Origin: a bacterium
GTDB lineage: Bacteria > DRYD01
Reading direction: 5' to 3'
Assembly: GCA_026418475.1 (NCBI GenBank)
Contig: JAOABG010000001.1
Coordinates: forward strand, 7,342-71,341
Length of the DNA: 64,000 bases
The first letter of the stretch is position 1; the number at the start of each line of letters is the position of its first letter. A model generated the notes under the pieces. That model worked only from the letters and a program-made list of their open reading frames with translations. It searched no databases and had not been told where the DNA came from. Below are positions 1-9,186 of this stretch, piece after piece. The position numbers were made by a program, and so were the translations under genes.

Positions 1-204
1 ACTATACGTATTATAAAATTTGTTATTGAAATTGTTATATACTGGTTCATTATAGTTGTTATTTATTATGTAAACATTGTTTGCGTTTATTTCTACATTT
101 TCTCCTTTTATACCTACTTGGTTAACTTTGTGTTTAGCTGAATCGTGTGCACTATATTTTATTTGTTCACTACCTTTTATCACTCGGTTGTTATTCACTT
201 TCAT
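1..204 (-). CDS. Partial CDS (its N-terminal ~68 aa lie in the window, so it continues beyond the window start); paralog of the 244..807 repeat protein. It shares the V-G-x-K-G-E-N-V motif: 'VGIKGENVEINANNVYI'.
   Basis: Not in the ORF track because it is partial. ATG at 204..202 (reverse strand) preceded by AGGTGA (complement of 205..216). The frame stays open to base 1. Translation: MKVNNNRVIKGSEQIKYSAHDSAKHKVNQVGIKGENVEINANNVYIINNNYNEPVYNN... Confidence 0.4.
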   Translation of the reverse strand, partial: MKVNNNRVIKGSEQIKYSAHDSAKHKVNQVGIKGENVEINANNVYIINNNYNEPVYNNFNNKFYNTYS

Positions 205-243
205 TTTTTGTCACCTAATTTTATATTTGTTTATCATGTTTAT

Positions 244-807
244 TTATCCCTTGGTTTTTTGTTTCTTTACTTTTTCCTGTTTAATACCTATGACGTTGTC
301 GAACATTTGAAATTCATTTGCTTTGGCATCCATAGAGTTTGTTTTAACACCAACTGTGTTTTCACTTATAACTACCTTTTCACCTTTTAGGAATACATTT
401 TCTCCTTTTAGACCTGTGCTGTTTGAGTTAATAACCACTGTTTTTCCTTTTACAGATGCCACATTTTCTCCTTTTGCACCTACATGGTTTCCTGTTATTG
501 TTATTATTCCTTCACTTTTGAGACCCAAATTTTTAGAATTTACACCTTTTGTATTATTGGATATAACTGTTGATGTATTTGTCTTAAGACCAGCATTCGT
601 TGCATCAATACCGATTTGATTTGAACTGATATTCAATTTATCAGTATCGGTTGATAAGTTTGTGCTTTCTATACCTTTGTTGTTTGAAACTATATCTAAT
701 TTTCCTCCTCCTACTTTTACTGTTTTACCTTTTATACCAACATCATTGTTCTTTATTAATATATTACCTGCTTGAATTTTAACTTTTCCTGCTTCTACTC
801 CAGCCAT
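244..807 (-). CDS. Repetitive Lys/Asn/Gly-rich beta-strand protein with ~21-22 aa periodic 'KGENV...KG(K/E)xVVI' repeats; possibly a bactofilin-like or beta-helical filament or surface protein.
   Basis: 187-aa ORF. Internal repeats: VGAKGENVASVKGKTVVINSNSTGL / KGENVFLKGEKVVISENTVGV. No TM segment. Sits downstream (same strand) of the 982-aa PilX-like gene. Confidence 0.5.
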   Translation of the reverse strand: MAGVEAGKVKIQAGNILIKNNDVGIKGKTVKVGGGKLDIVSNNKGIESTNLSTDTDKLNISSNQIGIDATNAGLKTNTSTVISNNTKGVNSKNLGLKSEGIITITGNHVGAKGENVASVKGKTVVINSNSTGLKGENVFLKGEKVVISENTVGVKTNSMDAKANEFQMFDNVIGIKQEKVKKQKTKG

Positions 808-936
808 TTTTCATCCCCTCCTACTAAGTGTTTTATTATTTTTTATTTTTTTATTTATTAAATTCATATATCATAATAAAAATATATGGGCTAACTGTAA
901 AATTTGCTTATTTACTTGTAAAAAAAATGTAAAAAA

Positions 937-3885
937 TTATTTCTGTAATTTATCGTATATCCTATATGAATAACTTTCTAATAAACTTGCTTTACTTCCG
1001 GATCCTATTGAGTCTAATATTGATGGATCAAAGAAAAATTCAATATTGTTAGTTCCCTTGATGTTAATTCCCCGTCCTGTCATTAACATGCCTGTTATAA
1101 ATAGGTTGTTACCTACTCCTGTTAAAGCCCTGAATTTACCTTTAGATAGTATTAGTCCATATAATTTAATATCAGTGGATTTTTCTTCATAGTTTGTCAT
1201 CCCTCTTTTTTGTTTCTCTCTCTCTTTTTGTGAATTAGAGTTTCCCCATCCCAATTGTCTGTATACTATTCCTATTAGATCATATGTCTGTCCGTTTCTT
1301 GTTACTGTAGCTACTAAGTTGGAATGCCCTACATCATTTGATGTATTAATCCAGTTGGTTACATAGTCTATTTTCCCAGTTTGTAAAGCCGAAAGGATAT
1401 TAACTATTGCCTGAGCTGTTTTTTCTTTACCATATTTATAGTGAATATCGTTACTACTGTTTGTACTTGTTGTTCCGATACTGGCTCCTAGAGCGTCTAT
1501 AACAATTCTGGTTGACTTTTCATCAAGGGATAATGTTAATGGATTCACATTAACTTTTATACCATCACTGTATATATCTATATATAATTTGCTTTCATTT
1601 CTTGTATTGTCTGTATATGTATTGTATCCTATTATTTCTTCACCTATATATTCACCAGTTACAGGATCGTATGCTGGTTTTGTTATTGCTTCTGTATATG
1701 TATAAGGCTTCGTGAAAAATACAAAAGTGTAATTATTGCCATCTATTGTGAAATTTATTCCTGATGATATTGTTCCCGCATATGTTCCTGTATTTAGTAG
1801 CCAGCTACCGTTACTTTGTAAACCTGATGAAGTGTATGAGTTATTTATACTAACACTCCCTATTTTATTTTCCCATATTCCTTTGTTGAGGATGTTAATA
1901 TATTGTTGTATGTCAGTTTTTGATTGGTATAAAGGGTTTATATATATATCATTATCTGCTAATATTGCTGTATTTTGTGTCCCTTGTGAAAATTGTGAGA
2001 ATCTAGCTACAATATCTCCTTGTTTTAAGCTACTTGAAATAGTAGATTTCCCTGATTCTGTTAATGTTATTGATGTGCCTGATCCTGATGCTCTATAACT
2101 TGACCAATATTTATTTATAACTGTATCGTTGTTTCTAATATATGTTGGTGCTAATACTTGTTGTATGAGGGAATTATTGGTTGAGTCTGCAGTGGCTATT
2201 ATGCCGCCTCCTTTTTCAGGATCATTATTTACTATACCATCTATAACTATTGCTCCTTTGTCGTACCACAGTATAGACCCATTTTCCATTAATAAAGATA
2301 TTTCGTTGTAGCCAAAAGGATATGATGAATTATACCAAGAAGTTATATATAAAAATTTCCCTGTATCACTTATTTTGATATTTTTACCTATAACTAGGTT
2401 AAATGATTCCATGTATATTTCATTTATTACTCTACCGTACTTATCTAAAAGATTGCTTGTCATTATTATTGAATCTGAAGGTAATTTTGACTGATCTATA
2501 CTGTATCCTGTTACTGCATTTTTTAGGTAATTATTGATTAATACTTGGTTATATGATGGAGGAAAGTATACCAAGGTGTCGTCTGATATAAATACATAGT
2601 AACCTGGATTTAGCTCAACATAATTATTGCTTCCGAATTTACTTGATACTTGATTTAATATTCTATTTCTTACTTTGTCTATCTGAGAATTCATATTGTT
2701 ATTCACTTCAATTTCGGCTCCAATTAGATTCTTGATAGAGTTATATGTTGATTGGTTTCCTTTAATTGCAGTTGCATCTTCTGATGATGTTGGTTCTATT
2801 TTCGAAAATGTTTGTTGTTTGTTGGATATAAATGCTTTTAGTGAATGTCCACTATTTTCTTTTGCTATTATTTTTCCTTGTATACCGGTTTCTTTAATAT
2901 TATATGTATTGCTATCTTGCTTTTCTACTGTATAGAATTTTGTGAATTGGTTTGTATTACTTGATGTCAAAATTGTTGAATGTGTTGATCCAATGAATTG
3001 GTTAAGGTTTTGGTATTCTTTATATGTTCCTATTCTTAGCTTTTGTTGCATTTCTATGTCAACTTTTCCATCTGTTACGAGTGATCCTATAAAGTTATAA
3101 CCCTTGTTTATAAAACACTGGTCTATATATGTAACAACATATCTGGACGTTGATGGAACCTTTGAATAACCCATAGCCATTATATCCAACATGTATTCTT
3201 TTTGTATTCTTCTACCATTTACTTTCACATCTCCTTGAATTGAATCATCTGTGCTGACTTTTAATCTATTATATGATGAATAAAGAGGAAAAGTTCCTGC
3301 AGTAAAGCTTACGTCTACTTTCCTAGTATTTTCATTGAAACTTATTAGTATTGAATTAGCTAATCCATTATTATTATATCTATTATTTGGATAATCTGCA
3401 CTACTGGTGTCATTCATGTAGTTTCCAAAGAAAATTATGGATCCTTCTTTGGTAGGGTCATTTCCATATTTTTTATCCCACAAAATTATTAAGTAGCCGT
3501 TTGATGAACTTCCATAGTTGAAAGGATTATAGCTACTGTTATTGGTTTCTACAATTCCTCCATTTGATAAATCAATAATGCTATAAAAATATGGCAAATT
3601 ATTATTAAAATCATTATTACTTAAAATTTTAGGTATAAGCATACTATCTCTCAAGGGTATTAAGGTATTATCGTTTTTGATTTTAAATGCACTATTATTA
3701 TGCATTATTAGGAAGGTTAGAATTTGAATAGAGTTTTCTGCATGAAGAGAGGCTTTTTGCCTTGAATCATAATCTTTGAGAGTTTTAAAATTACTCTGTG
3801 TAAGACCAAATAACGCAACTGACATCATTATTAAAACAACTATGAAGAATAATGTACTTAATAAAAGAATACCCTTTTCTTTCAT
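937..3885 (-). CDS. Large (982 aa) secreted or membrane-anchored protein with a PilX-N-like N-terminus (hydrophobic leader followed by '...SRQKASLHAENSI'); candidate type IV pilus-associated tip or adhesin protein.
   Basis: N-terminus MKEKGILLLSTLFFIVVLIMMSVALFGLTQSNFKTLKDYDSRQKASLHAE resembles the PilX N-terminal domain pattern (hydrophobic segment, then Q/R...A..AE). The rest is Asn/Ser/Thr/Tyr-rich with no recognisable catalytic motifs. Confidence 0.55.
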   Translation of the reverse strand: MKEKGILLLSTLFFIVVLIMMSVALFGLTQSNFKTLKDYDSRQKASLHAENSIQILTFLIMHNNSAFKIKNDNTLIPLRDSMLIPKILSNNDFNNNLPYFYSIIDLSNGGIVETNNSSYNPFNYGSSSNGYLIILWDKKYGNDPTKEGSIIFFGNYMNDTSSADYPNNRYNNNGLANSILISFNENTRKVDVSFTAGTFPLYSSYNRLKVSTDDSIQGDVKVNGRRIQKEYMLDIMAMGYSKVPSTSRYVVTYIDQCFINKGYNFIGSLVTDGKVDIEMQQKLRIGTYKEYQNLNQFIGSTHSTILTSSNTNQFTKFYTVEKQDSNTYNIKETGIQGKIIAKENSGHSLKAFISNKQQTFSKIEPTSSEDATAIKGNQSTYNSIKNLIGAEIEVNNNMNSQIDKVRNRILNQVSSKFGSNNYVELNPGYYVFISDDTLVYFPPSYNQVLINNYLKNAVTGYSIDQSKLPSDSIIMTSNLLDKYGRVINEIYMESFNLVIGKNIKISDTGKFLYITSWYNSSYPFGYNEISLLMENGSILWYDKGAIVIDGIVNNDPEKGGGIIATADSTNNSLIQQVLAPTYIRNNDTVINKYWSSYRASGSGTSITLTESGKSTISSSLKQGDIVARFSQFSQGTQNTAILADNDIYINPLYQSKTDIQQYINILNKGIWENKIGSVSINNSYTSSGLQSNGSWLLNTGTYAGTISSGINFTIDGNNYTFVFFTKPYTYTEAITKPAYDPVTGEYIGEEIIGYNTYTDNTRNESKLYIDIYSDGIKVNVNPLTLSLDEKSTRIVIDALGASIGTTSTNSSNDIHYKYGKEKTAQAIVNILSALQTGKIDYVTNWINTSNDVGHSNLVATVTRNGQTYDLIGIVYRQLGWGNSNSQKEREKQKRGMTNYEEKSTDIKLYGLILSKGKFRALTGVGNNLFITGMLMTGRGINIKGTNNIEFFFDPSILDSIGSGSKASLLESYSYRIYDKLQK

Positions 3886-3940
3886 ATTGTCACCTCCTAA
3901 TTTATTATTGTATAAAAGATGAAAAAATTCCTTATAAGTT

Positions 3941-3975
3941 TAAATGAAATTTATTTAAATGAAATTTATTTAAAT
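3941..3975. repeat. 15-nt tandem direct repeat (TAAATGAAATTTATT x2 plus a partial third) in the divergent promoter region between the 982-aa gene and serS
   Basis: Read directly from the sequence at 3941-3955 and 3956-3970, then TAAATTGAAG. Confidence 0.55.
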
Positions 3976-4039
3976 TGAAGGGAAAATTGGAAGTGAGGAT
4001 AATATTTTTCTTAAAAGTCATATTAAAAGAGGTGTTTTT

Positions 4040-5329
4040 ATGCATGATTTAAACCTTATTTCCCAAAGTCCAACAAAATACAAACATTACTTGGAAGTTA
4101 GAAATGAGAATCCTCTGATTATTGATCAAATCATGGAAATAAATCGAAAGAGAAAGGAATTGATAAATCAATTGAATAATCTCAGGAATCAAAAAAACAC
4201 TATCTCTGATAAAATAGGTAGAAAACAATATTCAGATGATAAAGAAAAACAACAGCTAATACAACAATCAAACACCATAGACCAAGAAATAAAAAGCTTA
4301 GAGCCTGTTTTGTCTGAAATTGAAGAGAGTATAAAACATCTATTACTTATTGTTCCTAATGTTGTTTGTGATGATGTTCCTATTGGTAAAGATTCTACTG
4401 ATAACATTATAGTTTATAATGAAGGTGAAGAGCCAGTATTCAGCTTTGAGCCTTTACCACATTGGGAAATAGCAGAAAATCTTAGTATCATAGATTTCGA
4501 AAGGGGAGTAAAACTCTCTGGCTCCAGATTCTACATAATGAAAGGTAAGCTGGCTAAACTTCAAAGAGCACTTATAAACTTTTTCTTGGATTTTCATACC
4601 CAAAAACATAACTATAAGGAACTATACTTACCATTTATAGTTAAACGGCATTGCTTAGAAGGGGCTGGACAACTACCTAAATTTGAAGATAACTTGTATA
4701 AAGATCAAGAAGATGATATGTGGCTTGTTCCAACTGCCGAGGTTCCAATTACCAATATTTACAGAGATGAAATATTGCCATCTGATGTCTTACCTCTGTA
4801 TTATGTCGCTTATACACCTTGTTTTAGAAAAGAAAAGATAGCTGCTGGTAGAGATGTACGTGGTATAAAGAGAGGACACCAATTTGATAAGGTTGAGCTA
4901 TATAAATTTACCCTTCCTGAGAATAGTGATTACGAATTAGAAAAACTTGTTCAGGATGCTTGTGATATACTCAGAGCACTGAATTTACCGTTCAGGATTG
5001 TGAAGCTCTGTAGTGGGGATTTGGGTTTTGCTTCTGCTAAAACATATGATATAGAGGTTTGGGCTGCTGGATGCAAAGAATGGCTTGAAGTCAGCTCTTG
5101 TAGCAATGTTATGGATTTCCAAGCCAGAAGGGCTAACATAAGATTCAGAAGAACCCCTACTTCTAAACCGGAATACATTCATACCCTCAATGGATCTGGT
5201 TTGGCCTTGCCAAGAGTTGTTATAGCAATACTTGAAAATTTTCAACAAAAAGACGGAAATATAAAAATACCGGAAGTTTTGATACCATATACTGGATTCG
5301 AAAAAATTGAAATGAACTGGAAATACTAA
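4040..5329 (+). CDS. serS: Seryl-tRNA synthetase
   Basis: 429 aa. N-terminal coiled-coil tRNA-binding arm and class II aaRS core motifs (e.g. FRKEKIAAGRDVRGIKRGHQFDKVE, GSGLALPR). Confidence 0.9.
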   Translation: MHDLNLISQSPTKYKHYLEVRNENPLIIDQIMEINRKRKELINQLNNLRNQKNTISDKIGRKQYSDDKEKQQLIQQSNTIDQEIKSLEPVLSEIEESIKHLLLIVPNVVCDDVPIGKDSTDNIIVYNEGEEPVFSFEPLPHWEIAENLSIIDFERGVKLSGSRFYIMKGKLAKLQRALINFFLDFHTQKHNYKELYLPFIVKRHCLEGAGQLPKFEDNLYKDQEDDMWLVPTAEVPITNIYRDEILPSDVLPLYYVAYTPCFRKEKIAAGRDVRGIKRGHQFDKVELYKFTLPENSDYELEKLVQDACDILRALNLPFRIVKLCSGDLGFASAKTYDIEVWAAGCKEWLEVSSCSNVMDFQARRANIRFRRTPTSKPEYIHTLNGSGLALPRVVIAILENFQQKDGNIKIPEVLIPYTGFEKIEMNWKY

Positions 5330-5345
5330 TGGAGGTAAATATTTT

Positions 5346-5780
5346 ATGAAATTCTATGAAACGAATTTGGATAAAAGAGTGGTTATAATCAGAATTGATA
5401 AAGATGAAGAAATTATTTCCACACTTGAGAGTATTGTTATACAATCTAAAATAGAAGCTGGATTTTTTATGGGTATTGGAGCAATTAAAAATGCCTTGAT
5501 TTCATTCTACGATTATAATACCAAATCCTATATTGATAAAGAGATAAATGAAGAAATGGAAGTTGTTTCTCTTATGGGGAATATTTCTTATCAGTATGCT
5601 GAAAATAAGCCATTTATTCACGCACATGTAACTCTATCGAACAGAGACTTCGGTGTAATTGGTGGACATCTCAAAAAAGCAATAGTCGGAGTTACTATAG
5701 AAGTCGCAATATTTACAATTGGTGATAGAATAGAAAGAATATATAGTCCAGATTTTAACCTATTTCTCTGGAAACCATAG
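5346..5780 (+). CDS. PPC/DUF296-domain protein (AT-hook-associated PCC domain family)
   Basis: 144 aa. 'VVIIRIDKDEEIISTLESIV...GIGAIKNALISFYD...HAHVTLSNRDFGVIGGHLKKA' matches the DUF296 fold pattern. Confidence 0.55.
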   Translation: MKFYETNLDKRVVIIRIDKDEEIISTLESIVIQSKIEAGFFMGIGAIKNALISFYDYNTKSYIDKEINEEMEVVSLMGNISYQYAENKPFIHAHVTLSNRDFGVIGGHLKKAIVGVTIEVAIFTIGDRIERIYSPDFNLFLWKP

Positions 5781-5783
5781 AAG

Positions 5784-6860
5784 CTATCTCAGTATTTTCT
5801 TTATTACTTTGTCTATAATATTTTGGGGTACCAATTTGTTAATGGCTTTCTCCCAGGAAATGTCTAAACTGGATATATAATTTTTGGCATTGTTTCCCAT
5901 CTTTATTGCTTTTCCTTGGTTTTCAAAAATGTTATCCATTGCTTTGGCTAAGGAAATTGGATCTGGATCTGTTATGATTCCAGTCTGTTCATTTTTAACA
6001 AATTCTAATGGTCCACCACTATCATTGGTTGTTATCACCATCTTTGAAGAATAAAAAGACTCAATAGTTATATAACCGTAATCTTCATCAAATGGTGTAA
6101 ATATGACTCCTAAACAATCGGAGTATAAATCTATTTTCTTTTCTTCATCTATGTAGCCCAGTATTTCTATTCTTTCTTTTATATTGGTGTTTTCCAATAG
6201 TGGCCTAATCTTTTTGTTGAAATATTTGTCATCTATTTGTCCGGCTAAGATTAACTTGAATTTTCCTTTCGTATGTTTTAGAGCTTCAATTACCAGGTGC
6301 TGCCTTTTGTTAGAAGTCATTCTGCTTGGGTAAAAAAAATAATCTTTATACTGGCGACATTTAAATTTTTCTGGATTAAAAATTGGTGGATATATTATTT
6401 CAGAACTGATATTGTTATACTCTTTTAATCTTTTTTTTACATTTTCAGATATAGCAAATATTTTTCTACATTCTCTTAAAAATTTATTATCGTATTCGAT
6501 AACTTTTTTTCTCAATTCTAAGAACTTGGTCTTTTCTTTTCTTAATGGGTTAAACTCGGTATCCCATAGTTCATAGAGGTATCTCAGGTGGTGCATGAAC
6601 CAAACAATTTTGTTGGGATGTTTTATAGCGTAGCTGAATGGTCTACTGGTTATTGCCAGATCACCATAGTTGAACTTCAGCTTTCTTATACCATCTATTT
6701 GTTCTTCTATTAATTCTGGATTTGTTGAAAAAGGAATAAAAATTTTTTCAACTTCAAAATTTTTGGATAATTCCTGGGCAAGCGAATTGATTAAAAAACT
6801 GTCTCCTCCATTTATAAAAGGATCCTTAGTTGATACTATTAATATTTTTTTTATCCCCAC
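5784..6860 (-). CDS. Glycosyltransferase, GT4/GT1 family
   Basis: 358 aa. C-terminal 'FYPSRMTSNKRQHLVIEA...ILGYIDEEKK...LGVIFTPFDEDYGYITIESFYSSKMVITTNDSGGPLEFV' is the typical GT-B retaining glycosyltransferase signature (E-x7-E region). Confidence 0.75.
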   Translation of the reverse strand: MGIKKILIVSTKDPFINGGDSFLINSLAQELSKNFEVEKIFIPFSTNPELIEEQIDGIRKLKFNYGDLAITSRPFSYAIKHPNKIVWFMHHLRYLYELWDTEFNPLRKEKTKFLELRKKVIEYDNKFLRECRKIFAISENVKKRLKEYNNISSEIIYPPIFNPEKFKCRQYKDYFFYPSRMTSNKRQHLVIEALKHTKGKFKLILAGQIDDKYFNKKIRPLLENTNIKERIEILGYIDEEKKIDLYSDCLGVIFTPFDEDYGYITIESFYSSKMVITTNDSGGPLEFVKNEQTGIITDPDPISLAKAMDNIFENQGKAIKMGNNAKNYISSLDISWEKAINKLVPQNIIDKVIKKILR

Positions 6861-6888
6861 TTTAAAATAAGTAAATTATCTAATAATT

Positions 6889-7887
6889 TTAAATGTTTGA
6901 TAATATTTGTTTGTCGTTTAAGTTATTTTCTATGATTATTTTGAGTAAATTTTCAAAACTTATTCCTGTTTTCTCAGCTTCTTGTGGTAGTAATGAAACC
7001 TCTGTAAAGCCAGGAATGGTGTTAACCTCCAGAAAATATATTTCATGAGTATTAGCATTTGATCTTATTCTATAGTCTATTCTGACAGCATCTTTAAATC
7101 CCATGAATTCAAATATTTGTGAGGAGATATTTTTTAAGTATAGTATAACTTCCTCAGGTAATTCTGGGGGGATTATATGGTTTATTTTTTTTATATATTT
7201 GTTTTCATAATCAAATAGTTTACTATTTTGAAGTTCAAGTTCACATGGCTCAAGTGGTAAAATTTCTTTACCTTTTTGTAATACGCCGACTGTTATTTCT
7301 CTTCCTTGAATATATTCTTGTACTATTACTGTTTTACTATCTTCTTTGAATGAGAGTTCTATAGCTTTTTCTAGTTTTTGAAAGTTTTCTACTAATGATA
7401 AAGCGACACTACTTCCAGAACAGTTGGGTTTCACTATAAAAGGCGGAAGAATGAAATTCCTCTTCAATTTTGAAAATACTATATCAATTCCGTATTTTTC
7501 ATACTCTATATTGTTTATGTAGACGGTCTGTGGCAAATGGAGATTGGTAACATTATAATTTTTTATAAACTCTTTTATTAGAAGATTTGTTAGCATTTTG
7601 TTCATACCAACCATACTCGATTCAGAGTTGGAAAATGAAAAGGGAATTCCTATTGACTCTAAAAATGATTGTATTTTTCCATCCTCACCATATTTGCCAT
7701 GTAAAACAATAAAGATAAAATCATAATGGTTTTCAAGAATATACCTGTAGAAATCTTTCAAATAATTTAATACATACTTTTGAGTTTGTGGATAAAGCAC
7801 TTTTAGTTTATTATATACGTTTTCACCTGACTTTATTGATACTTCTTTTTCGGATGAGACTCCACCCATTACCACAAGTATTTTCAT
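6889..7887 (-). CDS. ddl: D-alanine--D-alanine ligase (ATP-grasp)
   Basis: MKILVVMGGVSSEKEVSIKSG..., HGKYGEDGKIQSFLESIGIPF, KPNCSGSSVAL, EVNTIPGFT motifs. Confidence 0.8.
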   Translation of the reverse strand: MKILVVMGGVSSEKEVSIKSGENVYNKLKVLYPQTQKYVLNYLKDFYRYILENHYDFIFIVLHGKYGEDGKIQSFLESIGIPFSFSNSESSMVGMNKMLTNLLIKEFIKNYNVTNLHLPQTVYINNIEYEKYGIDIVFSKLKRNFILPPFIVKPNCSGSSVALSLVENFQKLEKAIELSFKEDSKTVIVQEYIQGREITVGVLQKGKEILPLEPCELELQNSKLFDYENKYIKKINHIIPPELPEEVILYLKNISSQIFEFMGFKDAVRIDYRIRSNANTHEIYFLEVNTIPGFTEVSLLPQEAEKTGISFENLLKIIIENNLNDKQILSNI

Positions 7888-8657
7888 TCTTTTATAAAAT
7901 ACGCTAAAAATTCAGTATTACCTTTATCTCCTTTTATCGGTGATTCTATTACATTAATGAATTTAAATCCCTGATTTCTTATTTTTTTCAAAGTTCTGAG
8001 GAGAACAGCCAATATTGTTTTTCTGTCTTTAAGGACTCCTTTTTTAAGATATTTGATTTCCTTCTTAGTTAACTCAAAGTTGGGTTTTATTAAAATAACA
8101 ATATTTAACTTTTTTTTATTTTCTATAAAACTTATTGATTGGGTTATTAATGTAACAGATATAAAAGATACATCTATTGTTATTATTTCTGTATCATTAA
8201 TTAATTCTTTTGGTATTTTGTATTTTTCAGGATGTTTAAATAAATCTTCTATGTTCCGAGCGTTGAATTCCTCTATATTAATTATTTGAGGATTTTTTAT
8301 AAGAGATTGGTGTAATTGGTTTTTGCCATTATCAACTGCTATAACTGATTTAGCTTCATTTTTTAGTAGGCAATCAGTGAATCCTCCTGTAGAGGCACCG
8401 ATATCTATGCATACTTTGTTTTTGACATCTAATTTAAAATCATTTATGGCTTTGTTAAGTTTGTATCCACCTCTTGAAACGAAACATGTGGGTTTGTTAA
8501 TTTCTATTTTAACGTCTTCTCTAAGTTTTTTGGATGGTTTATAGAAAACTTGACCATCAACGTAAACTTTACCATCTAATATGAATTCCCGTGCTTTTAT
8601 TCTTGAATCAACTAAATTTTTCAAAACAAGTAATTCATCTAATCTGTACTTTTTCAT
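7884..8657 (-). CDS. tlyA: TlyA-family rRNA 2'-O-methyltransferase (haemolysin A-like), S4 + FtsJ domains
   Basis: RLDELLVLKNLVDSRIKAREFILDGKVYVDG (S4) and IDIGASTGGFTDCLLKNEAKSVIAVDNGKNQL (SAM-binding). Confidence 0.8.
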   Translation of the reverse strand: MKKYRLDELLVLKNLVDSRIKAREFILDGKVYVDGQVFYKPSKKLREDVKIEINKPTCFVSRGGYKLNKAINDFKLDVKNKVCIDIGASTGGFTDCLLKNEAKSVIAVDNGKNQLHQSLIKNPQIINIEEFNARNIEDLFKHPEKYKIPKELINDTEIITIDVSFISVTLITQSISFIENKKKLNIVILIKPNFELTKKEIKYLKKGVLKDRKTILAVLLRTLKKIRNQGFKFINVIESPIKGDKGNTEFLAYFIKE

Positions 8658-9186
8658 TAATTAAAATTTCGGATAATAGAGCTTTGGAATTTATCTCTAT
8701 ACCTATTAATTTTTCTATCTTACAGATTGATTCCATTGTGTTGTCAGTTGGTTGAATTGTATAACCGTTTTCCAATGTAAGTAATACCAACAATTTATTG
8801 AAATTTTTAAAAATTGATTCATTATTATCTGTTTTTTCTAAATAGTTAATAAAAGAAATGATCATATTATATAATTTATTTTCTTTTTGGTTTTCTGGGA
8901 CAGTTTTTTTTATTATTTCAAAAATTGTTTGAGCTATTATTTTCTTATTGAAAGATCTTCTAATCTTTTCATAATAATTGATTACTCGGTATTGTGATAT
9001 GAACATATAGTCTTTGTTTTTTTTTATTTGAAAAGATATTAAGTTTAGGGTATCCAGGTTGAGATTCTTGATTTTGTAGGGGTAAAAAAACCAACAGAGC
9101 CCTATGTTTTTGCAAAACAACAATAGTTTTCTACCTCTGGGTAAATGAGATTTTTCGATTATTATTCCATTAGTGTACTTTAGCAT
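8635..9186 (-). CDS. recO: RecO-like DNA repair protein (tentative)
   Basis: 183 aa. N-terminal 'NGIIIEKSHLPRGRKLLLFCKNIG' resembles the RecO OB-fold start. Assignment rests on pattern only. Confidence 0.4.
   Translation of the reverse strand: MLKYTNGIIIEKSHLPRGRKLLLFCKNIGLCWFFYPYKIKNLNLDTLNLISFQIKKNKDYMFISQYRVINYYEKIRRSFNKKIIAQTIFEIIKKTVPENQKENKLYNMIISFINYLEKTDNNESIFKNFNKLLVLLTLENGYTIQPTDNTMESICKIEKLIGIEINSKALLSEILINEKVQIR

Noticed and set aside
77-619. Plus-strand Phe/Leu-rich ORFs (77..310, 145..390, 323..619)
   Set aside because: They are the antisense of the repetitive minus-strand genes. Their low-complexity F/L/S composition comes from complemented AAA/AAT-rich codons, and they have no RBS.
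3886-4039. Possible T-box or leader riboswitch upstream of serS
   Set aside because: The intergenic region is only ~154 nt and AT-rich. It lacks a specifier or T-box conserved core and a GC-rich antiterminator, so it reads as an ordinary promoter with a small tandem repeat.
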